Below, one piece after another: positions 17,905 to 28,249 of a stretch of DNA of 64,000 bases. The DNA comes from Verrucomicrobiales bacterium (GTDB taxonomy: Bacteria > Verrucomicrobiota > Verrucomicrobiia > Limisphaerales > UBA1100). The first letter of the stretch is position 1. Every line of letters starts with the position of its first letter. The notes below the pieces were generated by a model. That model was not told where the DNA came from. It ran no database searches and was given only the letters and a program-made list of their open reading frames with translations. The translations under genes were made by a program, and so were the position numbers. The stretch lies in assembly GCA_005809105.1 (NCBI GenBank), contig SYLI01000053.1:13542-77541 (forward strand). The letters run 5' to 3'.

Positions 17905-19770
17905 GTGAATCCCGCGCGGTTTAAGCCCCTGCTGTTTTTGCCGCTGTGCCTGTGCCTCTGCGCCCTGAAGGGCCGCGCGGCGGTGCTGCAGGTGCGGCCC
18001 GGTGCCGTCAATCAGGTGTCGGTGGTGCAGGAGGGACAGGTGCTGGCGGTGTATGGCGGCCCCGCCACGGCGGAGTGGCTGCTCATGACCGACGCCCGGC
18101 GCGACGCAGGCTGGTCGCTGCCCCGGGGCGCACAGACGCGCGTGGCCGCGCCGCAGGCGGCGCGCGAGCACATCGAGAAGCCCGACCAATTCTGGGCGGC
18201 GTTTGTCACCAACCGTTTTCATGACTACGCGCAGCAAACCACCAAGGTGCTGGCCGAGCCGGCGGCCGTGGCGCGGTGGGTGAAAGAGGGCGACGTCATC
18301 GAATGGCGCGGGTTGAGCTGGCGTGTGCTCGACACCCCGGGGTTTGCGCGCGGCAGCGTGTCCTACGTCGCGCTGCTGGAGGGAAAGACGACCGTGTTCA
18401 CCGGCGACCTCATTTACAGCGATGGAAAAATTCTGGACCTCTACAGCCTGCAGGACGCCATTCCCGAGGCGAAGGTGGGGGGCTATCACGGCTACGGCGG
18501 GCGGTTGGGCGATCTCATCCAAAGCCTGCGCAAGATTCGCGCATTGAAGCCCGATCAGCTGGTGCCCGCGCGCGGCCCGGTCATTCTGGATCCGCTGCCG
18601 GCGATTGACCGCCTCATCGCCCGCTTGCAGGCGTTGTACAAGAACTACCTCTCCACCAACGCGCTGCACTGGTATTTCAAGGAGGAGCGGATGCGGCTCT
18701 GCGGAGAGCGCGTGCTGGGGGACGGCGCGGCGGTGGAACTGATGCCCTACTCGCTCAACATCCCCGCACCCGACTGGGTGTTTAATCATTCCACGAGCCG
18801 CCTCTTGATTTCCGACGACGGCCACGGCTTCCTGCTGGACTGCGGCTACCAGCGCGTCATCGACGCCGTGAAGGATCTTCAGGCCAAGAATCTGGTGAAG
18901 AAGGTCGAGGGCATCTTTGTCACCCACGCGCACGACGACCACAGCGACATGGTTCAGAAGGCCTCCGAGGTGTTTGGCTGTCCCATCTACGCGACGGAGG
19001 AGTACGCCGACGTACTCACGAATCCGGGCGCGTACCACCTGCCCGCACTCTCCTTCAATGCCATGAAAAACCTGCGCGCCATGAAGGACGGTCAGAAGCT
19101 GGCGTGGCGTGGGCTGAACCTCACCTTCCACTATTACCCCGGCCAGATGCTCCACCACGGCGCCCTGCTCGTTGAAAAGAAGGGCCACGCGCCCATCTTT
19201 TTCATCGGTGATTCCTTCGCGCCTTCCGGACTGGACGACTACTGTCTGCAGAACCGCAACCTGCTTCACGAAAACTCGGGCTATCTATACTGCCTCAAAA
19301 AACTCGGCCAGTTGCCCGAAGGCTGCTGGCTCATGAATGAGCACATCGCGCCGCTGTTCCGATTCAGCGACAAGGAGCGCGCCCATCTGGAGAAACGCTA
19401 TCGCGAGCGCATCGCCCTCCAGCGCGATCTCTATCCTTGGGATGACCCCAACTACGGCGTGGACGAGCAGTGGGCGGTGTTTTACCCGCGCGTGGCCACC
19501 GCCGGAACCGACCGCCTCGCCACGGTGGAGTTGCGCGTCACCAACCACTCGCCCAAGAGCCGCACCTTCCAACTCACCCCGCGCGCGTGGAATGGGGCCG
19601 CCGTGGTCGGCGCGTGCGATCCCCTCACAGTGGTGTCGCGCCAGACTGGCGTTCGTCGCGTCACGGTGCGGCTGCCTGCCGGCATCGCGCGTGCCTTGGT
19701 GACGGCGGGCGTGCAGTCGCCGGGCATGGAATTTCGCGACTGGGTCGAGGCGCTCGTCGTGGCTCCGTGA
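17905..19770 (+). CDS. Secreted tandem metallo-beta-lactamase-fold hydrolase
   Basis: Signal peptide; first MBL domain degenerate (TDARRD, DTPGFA, FTGDL); second has THAHDDHSD and IGDSF. GTG start at 17905 inferred. Confidence 0.8.
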   Translation: MNPARFKPLLFLPLCLCLCALKGRAAVLQVRPGAVNQVSVVQEGQVLAVYGGPATAEWLLMTDARRDAGWSLPRGAQTRVAAPQAAREHIEKPDQFWAAFVTNRFHDYAQQTTKVLAEPAAVARWVKEGDVIEWRGLSWRVLDTPGFARGSVSYVALLEGKTTVFTGDLIYSDGKILDLYSLQDAIPEAKVGGYHGYGGRLGDLIQSLRKIRALKPDQLVPARGPVILDPLPAIDRLIARLQALYKNYLSTNALHWYFKEERMRLCGERVLGDGAAVELMPYSLNIPAPDWVFNHSTSRLLISDDGHGFLLDCGYQRVIDAVKDLQAKNLVKKVEGIFVTHAHDDHSDMVQKASEVFGCPIYATEEYADVLTNPGAYHLPALSFNAMKNLRAMKDGQKLAWRGLNLTFHYYPGQMLHHGALLVEKKGHAPIFFIGDSFAPSGLDDYCLQNRNLLHENSGYLYCLKKLGQLPEGCWLMNEHIAPLFRFSDKERAHLEKRYRERIALQRDLYPWDDPNYGVDEQWAVFYPRVATAGTDRLATVELRVTNHSPKSRTFQLTPRAWNGAAVVGACDPLTVVSRQTGVRRVTVRLPAGIARALVTAGVQSPGMEFRDWVEALVVAP

Positions 19771-21401
19771 AGCGACGGCCCGTCAAAACCCTGATTCGGG
19801 AGGCCATTGCGCTCTTGGGGGCGATCCTGGCCGCCGCCGCACCCTTCGCCGCCGCCCATCCCATCTCCATGAGCACCGCCACGGTGAACGTGCGCGAGAC
19901 CGAGGTGCTGGTGGAGCTGCGCATCATGGCCGAGGACCTGGTGTTGCAATACAAGCTCAAGCCCGACGCGGAGCCGCGCTACACGCCCGCCGATCTCAAC
20001 CGCACGGCGCATGCCCATCAGGATTTTCTGCTTCGACATTTCACGGTGCGCAATGCCCAGGGCGAGGCGCTGGCCGGCACGGTGCTGCGCATGGACACCG
20101 AGCAGGTGGCCCAAGGCGCGCTCTTGACCGAACTCATGGCCCGCAACGTGGTGTACTTGATGCGCTATCCGGTGGGCGCGCCGCCGCCCTTTCTCACGTT
20201 CACGCAGAATCTGGGCGGTGCCAAGGCCGGGGCGCCTTCGGTGATGGACCTTCTCGTGCTGCAGAAGGGCGTGTGGCTGGACACGCCCTTTCAGGTGCTG
20301 GCCGGCCAACCCCATACCGTACGGCTGACGTGGGGTGCCGGGCCCATCGAGCCTCCGAAGAACTGGCGCGAACTCAAGGCGCGCCGGGAGGAGGAGTTTC
20401 GCCAGCGCCTCGGCATCACCAGCTACGCGGGCATCTACTCGTACCTCTACCTCACGGCCCACGAGGTGCGCCACGAAATCCTCGTGCCCGCGCTTACGTT
20501 TGAACACTGGGTGCCGCTGACCCGCCGTCACCCTGATTTTCTCGACGTGGATGAGCAGCAGGCGGCGCGTGCCCGCATCGAGGCCTATTTTCGCGATCGC
20601 CACCCCGCCACACTGGACGGCCTCACCGTCAAGGCCACGCTGGCGCGCGTGGACTTCTTCGGGCTGGACATCAACGATTTTGCAACCCAGGCGCCGCCGC
20701 GCCGCGTGGGCATGCACCAGGCGCGTCTGGGGATCATCCTGAGCTACCCTGCCACGCAGGCGCCGCGCAATGTGGAGGTGCGCTGGGACGCCTTCCACAA
20801 GCACGTCGCCTTCCTGCGCAGCACCGTCTATGTGTACGACCAGCCGCCGCGCGAGCACTTCTTCATCGAGGACAAGCCCGTGTTCCAATGGACGGCGCCC
20901 GTGGGAACGCGCCCGCCCCCGCCACCGCGGCCCGTCCTCCACCAACTCGACGTGCGGCAGCCCGCGCCCCGCGATGCGGCGCTCATCTTCACCGCGCTGC
21001 ACCGAAACCTCTACCGCGCCTTCGACCAGCGCGGCGACCGCGACATTTACGACGCGCTGGCCGCCAGCGTGGACGGGCCATTGCTGAGGCAGCTCTACCT
21101 GCAATTCCAGCGCAGCCTGTTGATGGAGGAACAGGGCGGTGCCGTCTCGCGCGTGCAATCGGTGCGCATCCAGGAGGGCGCGGCGCGGGCCACGCGAGCG
21201 GGCGCGGGCTTCGAGTATCCCTGCCGATGGCGCGTCACCGGCACCGTCGAACACTGGGGGCACATCCACACGCGTGAGAACGAGTACGAGGGCACCTTCA
21301 CTCTCGCGCCCACGCCCGGGGGCTGGCGCGTCACCGACTACGAGTTGACGGGCCAGAAGCGGGTTGGATTTCAGACGGGCCTGCGCGCCCCCCCGCCGTA
21401 G
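19767..21401 (+). CDS. Secreted hypothetical protein with N-terminal His after the signal peptide
   Basis: GTGA overlap with the upstream stop; signal ends AAA|HPISMS; C-terminal GTVEHWGHIHTRENEY. Confidence 0.7.
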   Translation: MKRRPVKTLIREAIALLGAILAAAAPFAAAHPISMSTATVNVRETEVLVELRIMAEDLVLQYKLKPDAEPRYTPADLNRTAHAHQDFLLRHFTVRNAQGEALAGTVLRMDTEQVAQGALLTELMARNVVYLMRYPVGAPPPFLTFTQNLGGAKAGAPSVMDLLVLQKGVWLDTPFQVLAGQPHTVRLTWGAGPIEPPKNWRELKARREEEFRQRLGITSYAGIYSYLYLTAHEVRHEILVPALTFEHWVPLTRRHPDFLDVDEQQAARARIEAYFRDRHPATLDGLTVKATLARVDFFGLDINDFATQAPPRRVGMHQARLGIILSYPATQAPRNVEVRWDAFHKHVAFLRSTVYVYDQPPREHFFIEDKPVFQWTAPVGTRPPPPPRPVLHQLDVRQPAPRDAALIFTALHRNLYRAFDQRGDRDIYDALAASVDGPLLRQLYLQFQRSLLMEEQGGAVSRVQSVRIQEGAARATRAGAGFEYPCRWRVTGTVEHWGHIHTRENEYEGTFTLAPTPGGWRVTDYELTGQKRVGFQTGLRAPPP

Positions 21402-21405
21402 TCGC

Positions 21406-22071
21406 ATGGAAATCCGAGTGCAGAATCTCGAGTTTGGCTACGCCGGTGCGCCCGGATTTAACCTGCGCGTGGCGCGGTGGGAACTGTCCTCCGGCCAGTG
21501 CGTCGCCCTCACCGGCCCAAGCGGCTCGGGCAAGACCACGCTCCTGCGCCTGCTCGCCGGCATGCTCGTCCCCCAGCGCGGACACATCCACGCCGACGCC
21601 CAGCCGCTGGCCGCACTCTCCGACGCCCAGCGCCGCGCCTTTCGCATCCGGCGCGTCGGCTTCGTGTTCCAGGATTTCCGCCTGCTCGACTATCTCGACG
21701 TGCGCCAGAATCTGCTGCTGCCCTATCGCATCAACGACGCCCTTCCCATGGATGAGGCCGTGCATGCGCGATTGGAGACACTGGCTCACCATCTGGGAAT
21801 CGCGCACCGGCTTGGCCACAACGCGCGGGACCTCTCGCACGGCGAAAAGCAGCGCGCCGCCGTCGCACGCGCCCTGCTGCCTGGGCCGCGCCTGCTGCTG
21901 GCCGACGAGCCCACCGGAAGCCTCGATCCGGACAACGCCGGCCGCCTCGCCAGCCTTCTGCTGGAGCACGCCCGCGAGAGCGGCGCCACGCTCGTCGCCG
22001 CCACTCATGATCCAGAGCTGGCCCGCCGATTTGATGGCGCGGTCAGCGTCAACACCCTCGCCGCCCTCTGA
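21406..22071 (+). CDS. ABC ATP-binding protein (LolD-like)
   Basis: GPSGSGKTT, LSHGEKQR, LLADEPTGSLD. Confidence 0.92.
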   Translation: MEIRVQNLEFGYAGAPGFNLRVARWELSSGQCVALTGPSGSGKTTLLRLLAGMLVPQRGHIHADAQPLAALSDAQRRAFRIRRVGFVFQDFRLLDYLDVRQNLLLPYRINDALPMDEAVHARLETLAHHLGIAHRLGHNARDLSHGEKQRAAVARALLPGPRLLLADEPTGSLDPDNAGRLASLLLEHARESGATLVAATHDPELARRFDGAVSVNTLAAL

Positions 22072-22073
22072 CC

Positions 22074-23276
22074 ATGCGGCACCGACTTTTCCTCGCATGG
22101 CTTCACCTGCGGCACCATCGTGTGCGCTCCGCCATCCTGCTGGCGTGCCTGACGCTCAGCTTCTGCCTGCCGCTGGCCAGCCACTGGCTGGTGCGCGAGT
22201 TTGACCACCGCCTGAGCGGGCGCGCCCAGATTGGCCGCGCCACGCCCCTCATCGTGGGGGCGCGCGGCAGCCGGTTTGACCTGGTGCTGCATGCGCTCCA
22301 TTTCCGGCCGCTCGCGGGAGGCGGCGTGTTTGACGCCTCGGAACTGGCGCGTCTGCGCGCCGCGCAGACTGCCACGCCCGTGCCACTCTGCCTGCTCGAT
22401 TTCAAAAGCCGCCGCGGGCGCGCCTTCCCCATCGTTGGCACCACGCTGGATTATTTTGAACTGCGACGGCTGGTCGTGGCCTCCGGCGAGGGGTTGACGA
22501 TGCTGGGCGACTGTGTGCTGGGCGCGGGCGCCGCCGACGCGCTGGGCGTTGCGCCCGGCGGCACCCTGACGCCCGATCCGCGCAGCCTTTCGGATTTGTC
22601 CAGCCTGCCGCTCAAACTGTCGGTGGCTGGGGTTCTCGCGCCAACGCGCACGGCGGATGACGACGCCATCTTTGTGGACATCAAGACGGCGTGGGTGCTG
22701 GCCGGACTGGGCCACGGGCATGACCCTGCCACGGCCGATCCGGCAGTGCGCCTGCCGGGGGCTCCGACCAATCAGGTGGTGTTTAACGACGCCCTGCCCG
22801 TGGCGGGGTTGATCCAGCCTGAGAATCTCGCCTCCTTCCATTTCCACGGCGACCTTTCGCGGCGCCCGCTGACGGCCATTCTAGCTCTGCCGCACAGCGA
22901 GCGCGACTCGGTGCTGCTGCAGGGCGACCGCGCCTACCTCTCGGGTGCGGGCCCCCTGCAAGCGCTGGTGCCCGCGCAGGTCGCCGGACAGATGGTGGAG
23001 ATGGCGCTGCGCGTGAAGCGCTATGTGGACGCGCATGATGTGGTGGTCGCGGTGGGCACGGTGCTGTTTCTCTCGCTGATGGTGCTGCTCTCACTGCGAC
23101 TGCGGCGCGAGGAAATGGAAACCCTCTTTGCGCTGGGATGCAGCCGCGGAACGATGTTCGCGCTGCAGGCGTTGGAGCTGCTGATGCTTTTGGCGGCGAG
23201 CGCCGCGCTGGCGGCCGCACTGGCGTGGGCATTTGCCGCGCAGGCCGACCGTTGGATGCGGGGGGCGGGACTGTGA
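22074..23276 (+). CDS. FtsX/MacB-type ABC permease with His-rich periplasmic motifs
   Basis: One TM, a large periplasmic region (GLGHGHD, FHFHGD), then C-terminal TMs with RREEMETLFALGCSR. Confidence 0.8.
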   Translation: MRHRLFLAWLHLRHHRVRSAILLACLTLSFCLPLASHWLVREFDHRLSGRAQIGRATPLIVGARGSRFDLVLHALHFRPLAGGGVFDASELARLRAAQTATPVPLCLLDFKSRRGRAFPIVGTTLDYFELRRLVVASGEGLTMLGDCVLGAGAADALGVAPGGTLTPDPRSLSDLSSLPLKLSVAGVLAPTRTADDDAIFVDIKTAWVLAGLGHGHDPATADPAVRLPGAPTNQVVFNDALPVAGLIQPENLASFHFHGDLSRRPLTAILALPHSERDSVLLQGDRAYLSGAGPLQALVPAQVAGQMVEMALRVKRYVDAHDVVVAVGTVLFLSLMVLLSLRLRREEMETLFALGCSRGTMFALQALELLMLLAASAALAAALAWAFAAQADRWMRGAGL

Positions 23277-24235
23277 AGCGCCCGCGCTTGGAATTGCTGA
23301 CCTTTGCTGCGCTGGCGGCGCTGCTATTGGCAATGGCCGGCTGCCCCGCACCGCCAATACGGCCGACGCCTGCCGCATCGGGGACAGGCCCGTTGCGGAT
23401 TCTCGCTGCCAATCACCCGCTGCAATACTTTGCAGGGCGCATCGCGGGCACGGCTGCTGTGGTGACGCAACCGGCACCCGCGGGCGAGGACCCGGCCGAC
23501 TGGCATCCGCTGCCCGCTCAGATTCGGACGTTCATTCACGAATGCCAGAAGGCCGACCTCATGTTGCTCAACACCCCCGGCTACAGCCGCTGGCTGGATT
23601 GGGGGTCGTGGGCGGAAGCAAGGATGGTTCACACGACGGGCACTTTCACCGACCACCTGTTGCGGCTTGAGGAACCATCTCAGGCGGGCACCCACCGGCA
23701 TGGCAACGGCACGGCGCACGGCCACGGTGAATGGGCGGGCACTGTCTGGCTGGATCCGCAGCTTGCGTTGCGCCAAGCGCAGGCCACTGCCGCGGCGCTT
23801 GCCCGACTGCGCCCGACGCAGGCGGCCGAGTTTGATGCCAATCTGCGTGGGCTGGAGAACGACCTTCAGGCGTTGCACCGCGACTGGACACAGTTGCTCC
23901 AGGGGCACGAGGAGTTGCCGCTGCTCGCCTCGCATCCGGTCTATCAATACTTCCAAAAGCGGTACCGGCTGAATCTGCGGAGCGTCCACTGGGAGCCTGA
24001 CCAGATGCCCGACGAGGCGCAATGGGCGGAGCTTGAAGCGCTGCGGCAGAAACATCCGGCGCGCCTGATGCTCTGGGAGGGAACGCCCCTGCCGGCGGTT
24101 GGCGAACGGCTGCGCGAGATGGGGATTGCCGTGGTGGTGGTCTCGCCCGGGTTCGCCGCGCCGCAAAAGGGCGACCATCTGGATTTAATGCGGAGGAATG
24201 TGGCGGCGATGCGAGCTGCACTCTCCGAACCCTGA
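23273..24235 (+). CDS. ZnuA-family metal-binding lipoprotein
   Basis: Lipobox MAGC, NHPLQYFA, His loop THRHGNGTAHGHGE, VWLDP, SHPVYQYF. GTG start overlaps the upstream stop. Confidence 0.88.
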   Translation: MKRPRLELLTFAALAALLLAMAGCPAPPIRPTPAASGTGPLRILAANHPLQYFAGRIAGTAAVVTQPAPAGEDPADWHPLPAQIRTFIHECQKADLMLLNTPGYSRWLDWGSWAEARMVHTTGTFTDHLLRLEEPSQAGTHRHGNGTAHGHGEWAGTVWLDPQLALRQAQATAAALARLRPTQAAEFDANLRGLENDLQALHRDWTQLLQGHEELPLLASHPVYQYFQKRYRLNLRSVHWEPDQMPDEAQWAELEALRQKHPARLMLWEGTPLPAVGERLREMGIAVVVVSPGFAAPQKGDHLDLMRRNVAAMRAALSEP

Positions 24236-24376
24236 AGCTGCGGTGAGGTTGTTCACACGCCCCGAAAGGCGCGCCAGCAAGTTTGTGTTGGCCAGAGATT
24301 TCGCGCTCGCATAATTGCCCTCCAAGAGGAGGAGAAACCCATTCGGAGGAGGGGAGCCATCGACATCCTGCGCCAA

Positions 24377-27300
24377 TTGAGCTGCGCGTGGCGCCAGCCC
24401 ACGCAACCGGGAGGGTTCCCTCGCGTCTTGTCCCGCTGGGCATGGAGCAGTCTGGCTGCGGCCTGCCTGTGGCTGGGAGTTGCCCCCGTGGAGGCCTTCG
24501 TGCTCATCGGCCCCATGGAAACCAACCGGCTGACGACCACCAACGTCGGCACCACCATCGACCTCAATTACTGGGACGATCTGGGTGGGCCCAAGGAGGC
24601 AAAGAATTTCTACCGGTGGAACATGCCCAAGCTGACGTACGCATTTGACGCCAGCTTCATCAACTACTTCGGGTTGGAAGGCCGGTTCGCGGTGAACGAG
24701 GCCGTCGCGGTGCTCAACGACTTCTTCAATAACGAGGACTACACGGGGGTAAGCGCACTGCGCATCGCCGATTCCAAGCACGGGTTTCTCGGCAACTACA
24801 ACACGACGTGGGTCAACACCACGGCGCGCAACTCGCAGGTGCTCGACATCAAATCGCTGACGCTGGGGCTGCTGCTCAACCATCTGGGAGTGGGCAACCC
24901 GCACCGCTGGGCCTTCAGCATCCATGACGCGACGACCAATCAGGCCAACACGATGGTGAACTTCCGCGTGCGCCTGCGAAATTACGACCCGCTCACCTAC
25001 CGCCCCACCGACTTCATCAACGGCGTGCAATACAGCTACCGGCTGGTGCACGACGGCACCAATTCTCCGGGACTGAACAACGGCCCGGCCTTCATCATGC
25101 CGACCTTTGCCGACATGGAGGAGTTCACCACCGACATCAGCGGCAATGCGTGGTCGGCCGTGGCTGGCATTGGCGACGCCTTCTACGGCAACTCGCTGGT
25201 GTATTGGACCGACAAGCCCACGCTCTTTGACTTTGGCGTGTATTTCGATGGCAAGAATGCGATGGGCGGCAAGCGCCAGCCGCGCCACGCGCTGACGTAC
25301 GATGACGCGGGTGGGCTCAAGTACCTCTACCGCACCAACAATTTTGTGTTCGAAACACTGCCGCTGGACGTCGTGCTGGTCGTGCCCTCGCAACTGCTGC
25401 CCCTGACAGCCGTGCCGGTCTTTCCCGGGCCCACGGGCCGGCTCTTCCCCGACACGCTGGGCGGCAATCAAGGCTTCATCCCTCGGCGCAACACCGCCTT
25501 CATTCCTGCGCTGCCCATCACCTCGGTGCTGCCCGCGCAGGGTCCGCCGCCGTTTTACGATCTGGCCATGCGGGGCGGCGTGGACCAAATGCAGCTCATC
25601 GAGCAGCCCTTCGACTCGCTTTTGGGCATCACGTTCACGGCCACCAACATCATCTGGACCGACACCTTTATCACCACCAACGGCCAGACGGTACTGGGCC
25701 GCAACAACACCTTCCCGGGATCGGAGCTTTATCTCGGCGTCCCCACACTGCGATTTGCCACGCAGACGGTCGGCCGACCGGTGTTCCAGCCCGACATCAT
25801 CTTTGTGGCCGACGATCTGGGTTTATCGCCCGACGGCGTGCCCATCGGCTGGAACCGCACGGACTCGCTGGGCTGGATCGACAATTTCACGAACAACCTG
25901 GGGCCCACGGTGACGTTTGAGACCAACATGGGGCCGGGCGTCATCATCGGCCCCATTCAATTCACCTACCACAAGGTGCACGAGGACTTTGAGGTGCTCT
26001 GGTCTGGGCAGGCCAGTGTGGTGGGCAACACGCAGTCCTACTCGCTGTGGGGCCACCTGCAGGGCCCGGGCCCCGACGACATCGTGCTCTTCCCGCGCGA
26101 CGTGCGCATGTCCATCGTGGAGAATGCCGTGGCACCGGCCACGAGCGTGCCGCTGATTTCCAAGGTGTCGGACAACGGCGAGAAGACCAGCGAGGGTTTC
26201 ACCCTCAGGCGCACCGAGGAAAAACTCACGCTGCTGGGCAGCCTGCTCGCGTCGGTGACCGCCATCGAGGTGCTTAACGGCAACGTCGTCGTGCAGACCA
26301 TCGTGCCGGCCACGCGCTACATCGTCTCCGATCAGCGCATGGACATCCCCCCCGGCGTCATCAGCGACGCCGCCGAGGGCGTGGCGCGGTCGTTCCGCGT
26401 CTGGAACACGGTGGGTGTGAGCGAGAAGGCGACCGACACGTTTACCATCGAGTCCGGGCGGCCCGTCATCACCGGCACCTCGGCCGACGATGCGGTGCAT
26501 GACCGCGCCCAAGAGCTGACCCTGCGCGGCTATGGCTTTAAGAGCACCGAGAGCGGCGCACTGAAAATCGCCTACCTGCGCGTGGACAGCGGCACCGGGC
26601 TGGCCATCACGCCCTCGGATGGCAACGTGACGGCCGTCACCATCGATGTCTTGAGCGACACGCTGGCTGTCGTGCCGGTCAACGGCATCAGCAGCCTGGC
26701 CGACGGCAGCAACCGGCGCGTGCGGGTTTCACGCAAATATCCCACCCTCACCGCCCCCGCGGAGACCGTGCTCAGCCCCACCAACAACGTGCGACTGATG
26801 ACGGCCATCACGGCCAGGCCGGTCATCGCCGCCTACCAGGCGTTCGGCCAGAGCGCGCTGGGGGGCGAGTTTAGGCGCGACACGCTCATGGAAGTCAACG
26901 GCACCGGCCTCAACACGGCCATCCGCATCGAACTTGTGGACGGCAGCGGCAGTGCCTTGGGCACTCCGGTCGCCGTGGATCTGCCCCACGCGGCCATCCA
27001 TGTGGAGGACAAGGGCACGCGCATCCAGATTGCCGCGGATGCCTTTCTGAGCCCCGAAGCCGATGGCAATCACTCCACGCTGCTGCGGCAGTTCAAGGTG
27101 TTTAATGCCGTGGGCAACACCGCCAGCAACAGCTCGCTTCGGTTCAACGTCAACGTGCAACCCCGCGTGGACTCGCTGGCGGCGTTCAACACGTCGGGCG
27201 CGTGGAATCGCGACAATGCCACCGGCGACAAGATCACCATCACCGGCTACGGACTGGGCGCGGTGGGCCGCATCGAGGTTCAGACCTATGAGGGTGCCGA

Positions 27301-28237
27301 ACTGGTGCCACAGCCTTTTCTCGAACTCACCCCCAACATGCCCGGCGTGGTCGTGACCGATGCCGCCATCACGATCGACCCACAGAAGCTGGGCGACATC
27401 GCCGCGGCAGGCTTTCACGGCGCGACGAGTGCCGACTCCACATCGGCGAACACCTACCGCGTTTTCAAGCTCTTGAGCGCGCGCGCCCCTGTGAGGTCGT
27501 CCTCGGCCCAGCGTTTCATCGTGGGAGTGCCCCCCACCTTTAGCTCCCTGAATGGAACCACTGCCAACAACTACCGTCGTGACGCCGACACGCTGCTCAT
27601 TAACGGCGGCGGGATGGGCATGGCCACGCGCGTGGAACTGGTGGACGCTGCCGGGATTGCCATCGCAGGGACGCACGCGCTGGACACCTCGGGTGGATTG
27701 TCCGCCCCGTCCACGACGCAGCTCTCCATCGCCGCGAAGGCCACCGGCTGGAGCAATATCGCACATCTTCTGGACTCGCCGGCCGACCTAGGCCGCCGCG
27801 TCCGCGTCACCACGCCCTTTGGTGTGGTGACCAGCCCTGCCAACAGCGCGGGTGCCTTCACGGTCTCGGCCACGCCGGCGTTCGGCCCCACGGCGCAGAA
27901 CACCTTCTCGGGTGGCGGCTATGACGGCAGCAGCGGCAATGGAACCTATGACTTAAGCGATGGCAATCTCATGGTGACCGGGCAGAATTTCCGGGGCGTC
28001 AAGCGCGTGTTCCTGGAGGACAGCAATGGCACGTCCTACGCCAGCGTGCCGCTCAATCCCGCGGCACCCCCCAATGGCATCGCCTTCAACGCCGAGGGCA
28101 CGCAGATGGTGATTACGTCGGGCTTTGCGGGCTTTAGCAACTGGGCCACACAGAACGCGACCAATCCCAAGTTCGTGACGGTCTTGAGCGCGGCGAACAT
28201 CAACGCCACATCGCCCGTCATCCTGACGCGGCCCTAA
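24377..28237 (+). CDS. Large secreted protein: degenerate matrixin-like N-domain plus IPT/TIG-like beta repeats
   Basis: Signal peptide ending VEA|F; RWNMPKLTYAFD and LTYDDAGGLKYLY; repeated P-x-I...(L/I)T(L/I)xGxG(F/L) units. Start uncertain. Confidence 0.75.
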   Translation: MSCAWRQPTQPGGFPRVLSRWAWSSLAAACLWLGVAPVEAFVLIGPMETNRLTTTNVGTTIDLNYWDDLGGPKEAKNFYRWNMPKLTYAFDASFINYFGLEGRFAVNEAVAVLNDFFNNEDYTGVSALRIADSKHGFLGNYNTTWVNTTARNSQVLDIKSLTLGLLLNHLGVGNPHRWAFSIHDATTNQANTMVNFRVRLRNYDPLTYRPTDFINGVQYSYRLVHDGTNSPGLNNGPAFIMPTFADMEEFTTDISGNAWSAVAGIGDAFYGNSLVYWTDKPTLFDFGVYFDGKNAMGGKRQPRHALTYDDAGGLKYLYRTNNFVFETLPLDVVLVVPSQLLPLTAVPVFPGPTGRLFPDTLGGNQGFIPRRNTAFIPALPITSVLPAQGPPPFYDLAMRGGVDQMQLIEQPFDSLLGITFTATNIIWTDTFITTNGQTVLGRNNTFPGSELYLGVPTLRFATQTVGRPVFQPDIIFVADDLGLSPDGVPIGWNRTDSLGWIDNFTNNLGPTVTFETNMGPGVIIGPIQFTYHKVHEDFEVLWSGQASVVGNTQSYSLWGHLQGPGPDDIVLFPRDVRMSIVENAVAPATSVPLISKVSDNGEKTSEGFTLRRTEEKLTLLGSLLASVTAIEVLNGNVVVQTIVPATRYIVSDQRMDIPPGVISDAAEGVARSFRVWNTVGVSEKATDTFTIESGRPVITGTSADDAVHDRAQELTLRGYGFKSTESGALKIAYLRVDSGTGLAITPSDGNVTAVTIDVLSDTLAVVPVNGISSLADGSNRRVRVSRKYPTLTAPAETVLSPTNNVRLMTAITARPVIAAYQAFGQSALGGEFRRDTLMEVNGTGLNTAIRIELVDGSGSALGTPVAVDLPHAAIHVEDKGTRIQIAADAFLSPEADGNHSTLLRQFKVFNAVGNTASNSSLRFNVNVQPRVDSLAAFNTSGAWNRDNATGDKITITGYGLGAVGRIEVQTYEGAELVPQPFLELTPNMPGVVVTDAAITIDPQKLGDIAAAGFHGATSADSTSANTYRVFKLLSARAPVRSSSAQRFIVGVPPTFSSLNGTTANNYRRDADTLLINGGGMGMATRVELVDAAGIAIAGTHALDTSGGLSAPSTTQLSIAAKATGWSNIAHLLDSPADLGRRVRVTTPFGVVTSPANSAGAFTVSATPAFGPTAQNTFSGGGYDGSSGNGTYDLSDGNLMVTGQNFRGVKRVFLEDSNGTSYASVPLNPAAPPNGIAFNAEGTQMVITSGFAGFSNWATQNATNPKFVTVLSAANINATSPVILTRP

Positions 28238-28249
28238 GCTGGATGCGGG

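Noticed and set aside
5457-21407. Long antisense ORFs (5457-6986, 6990-8879, 10848-12737, 17410-19269, 19482-21407)
   Set aside because: Shadow frames of high-GC genes on the opposite strand with no motifs.
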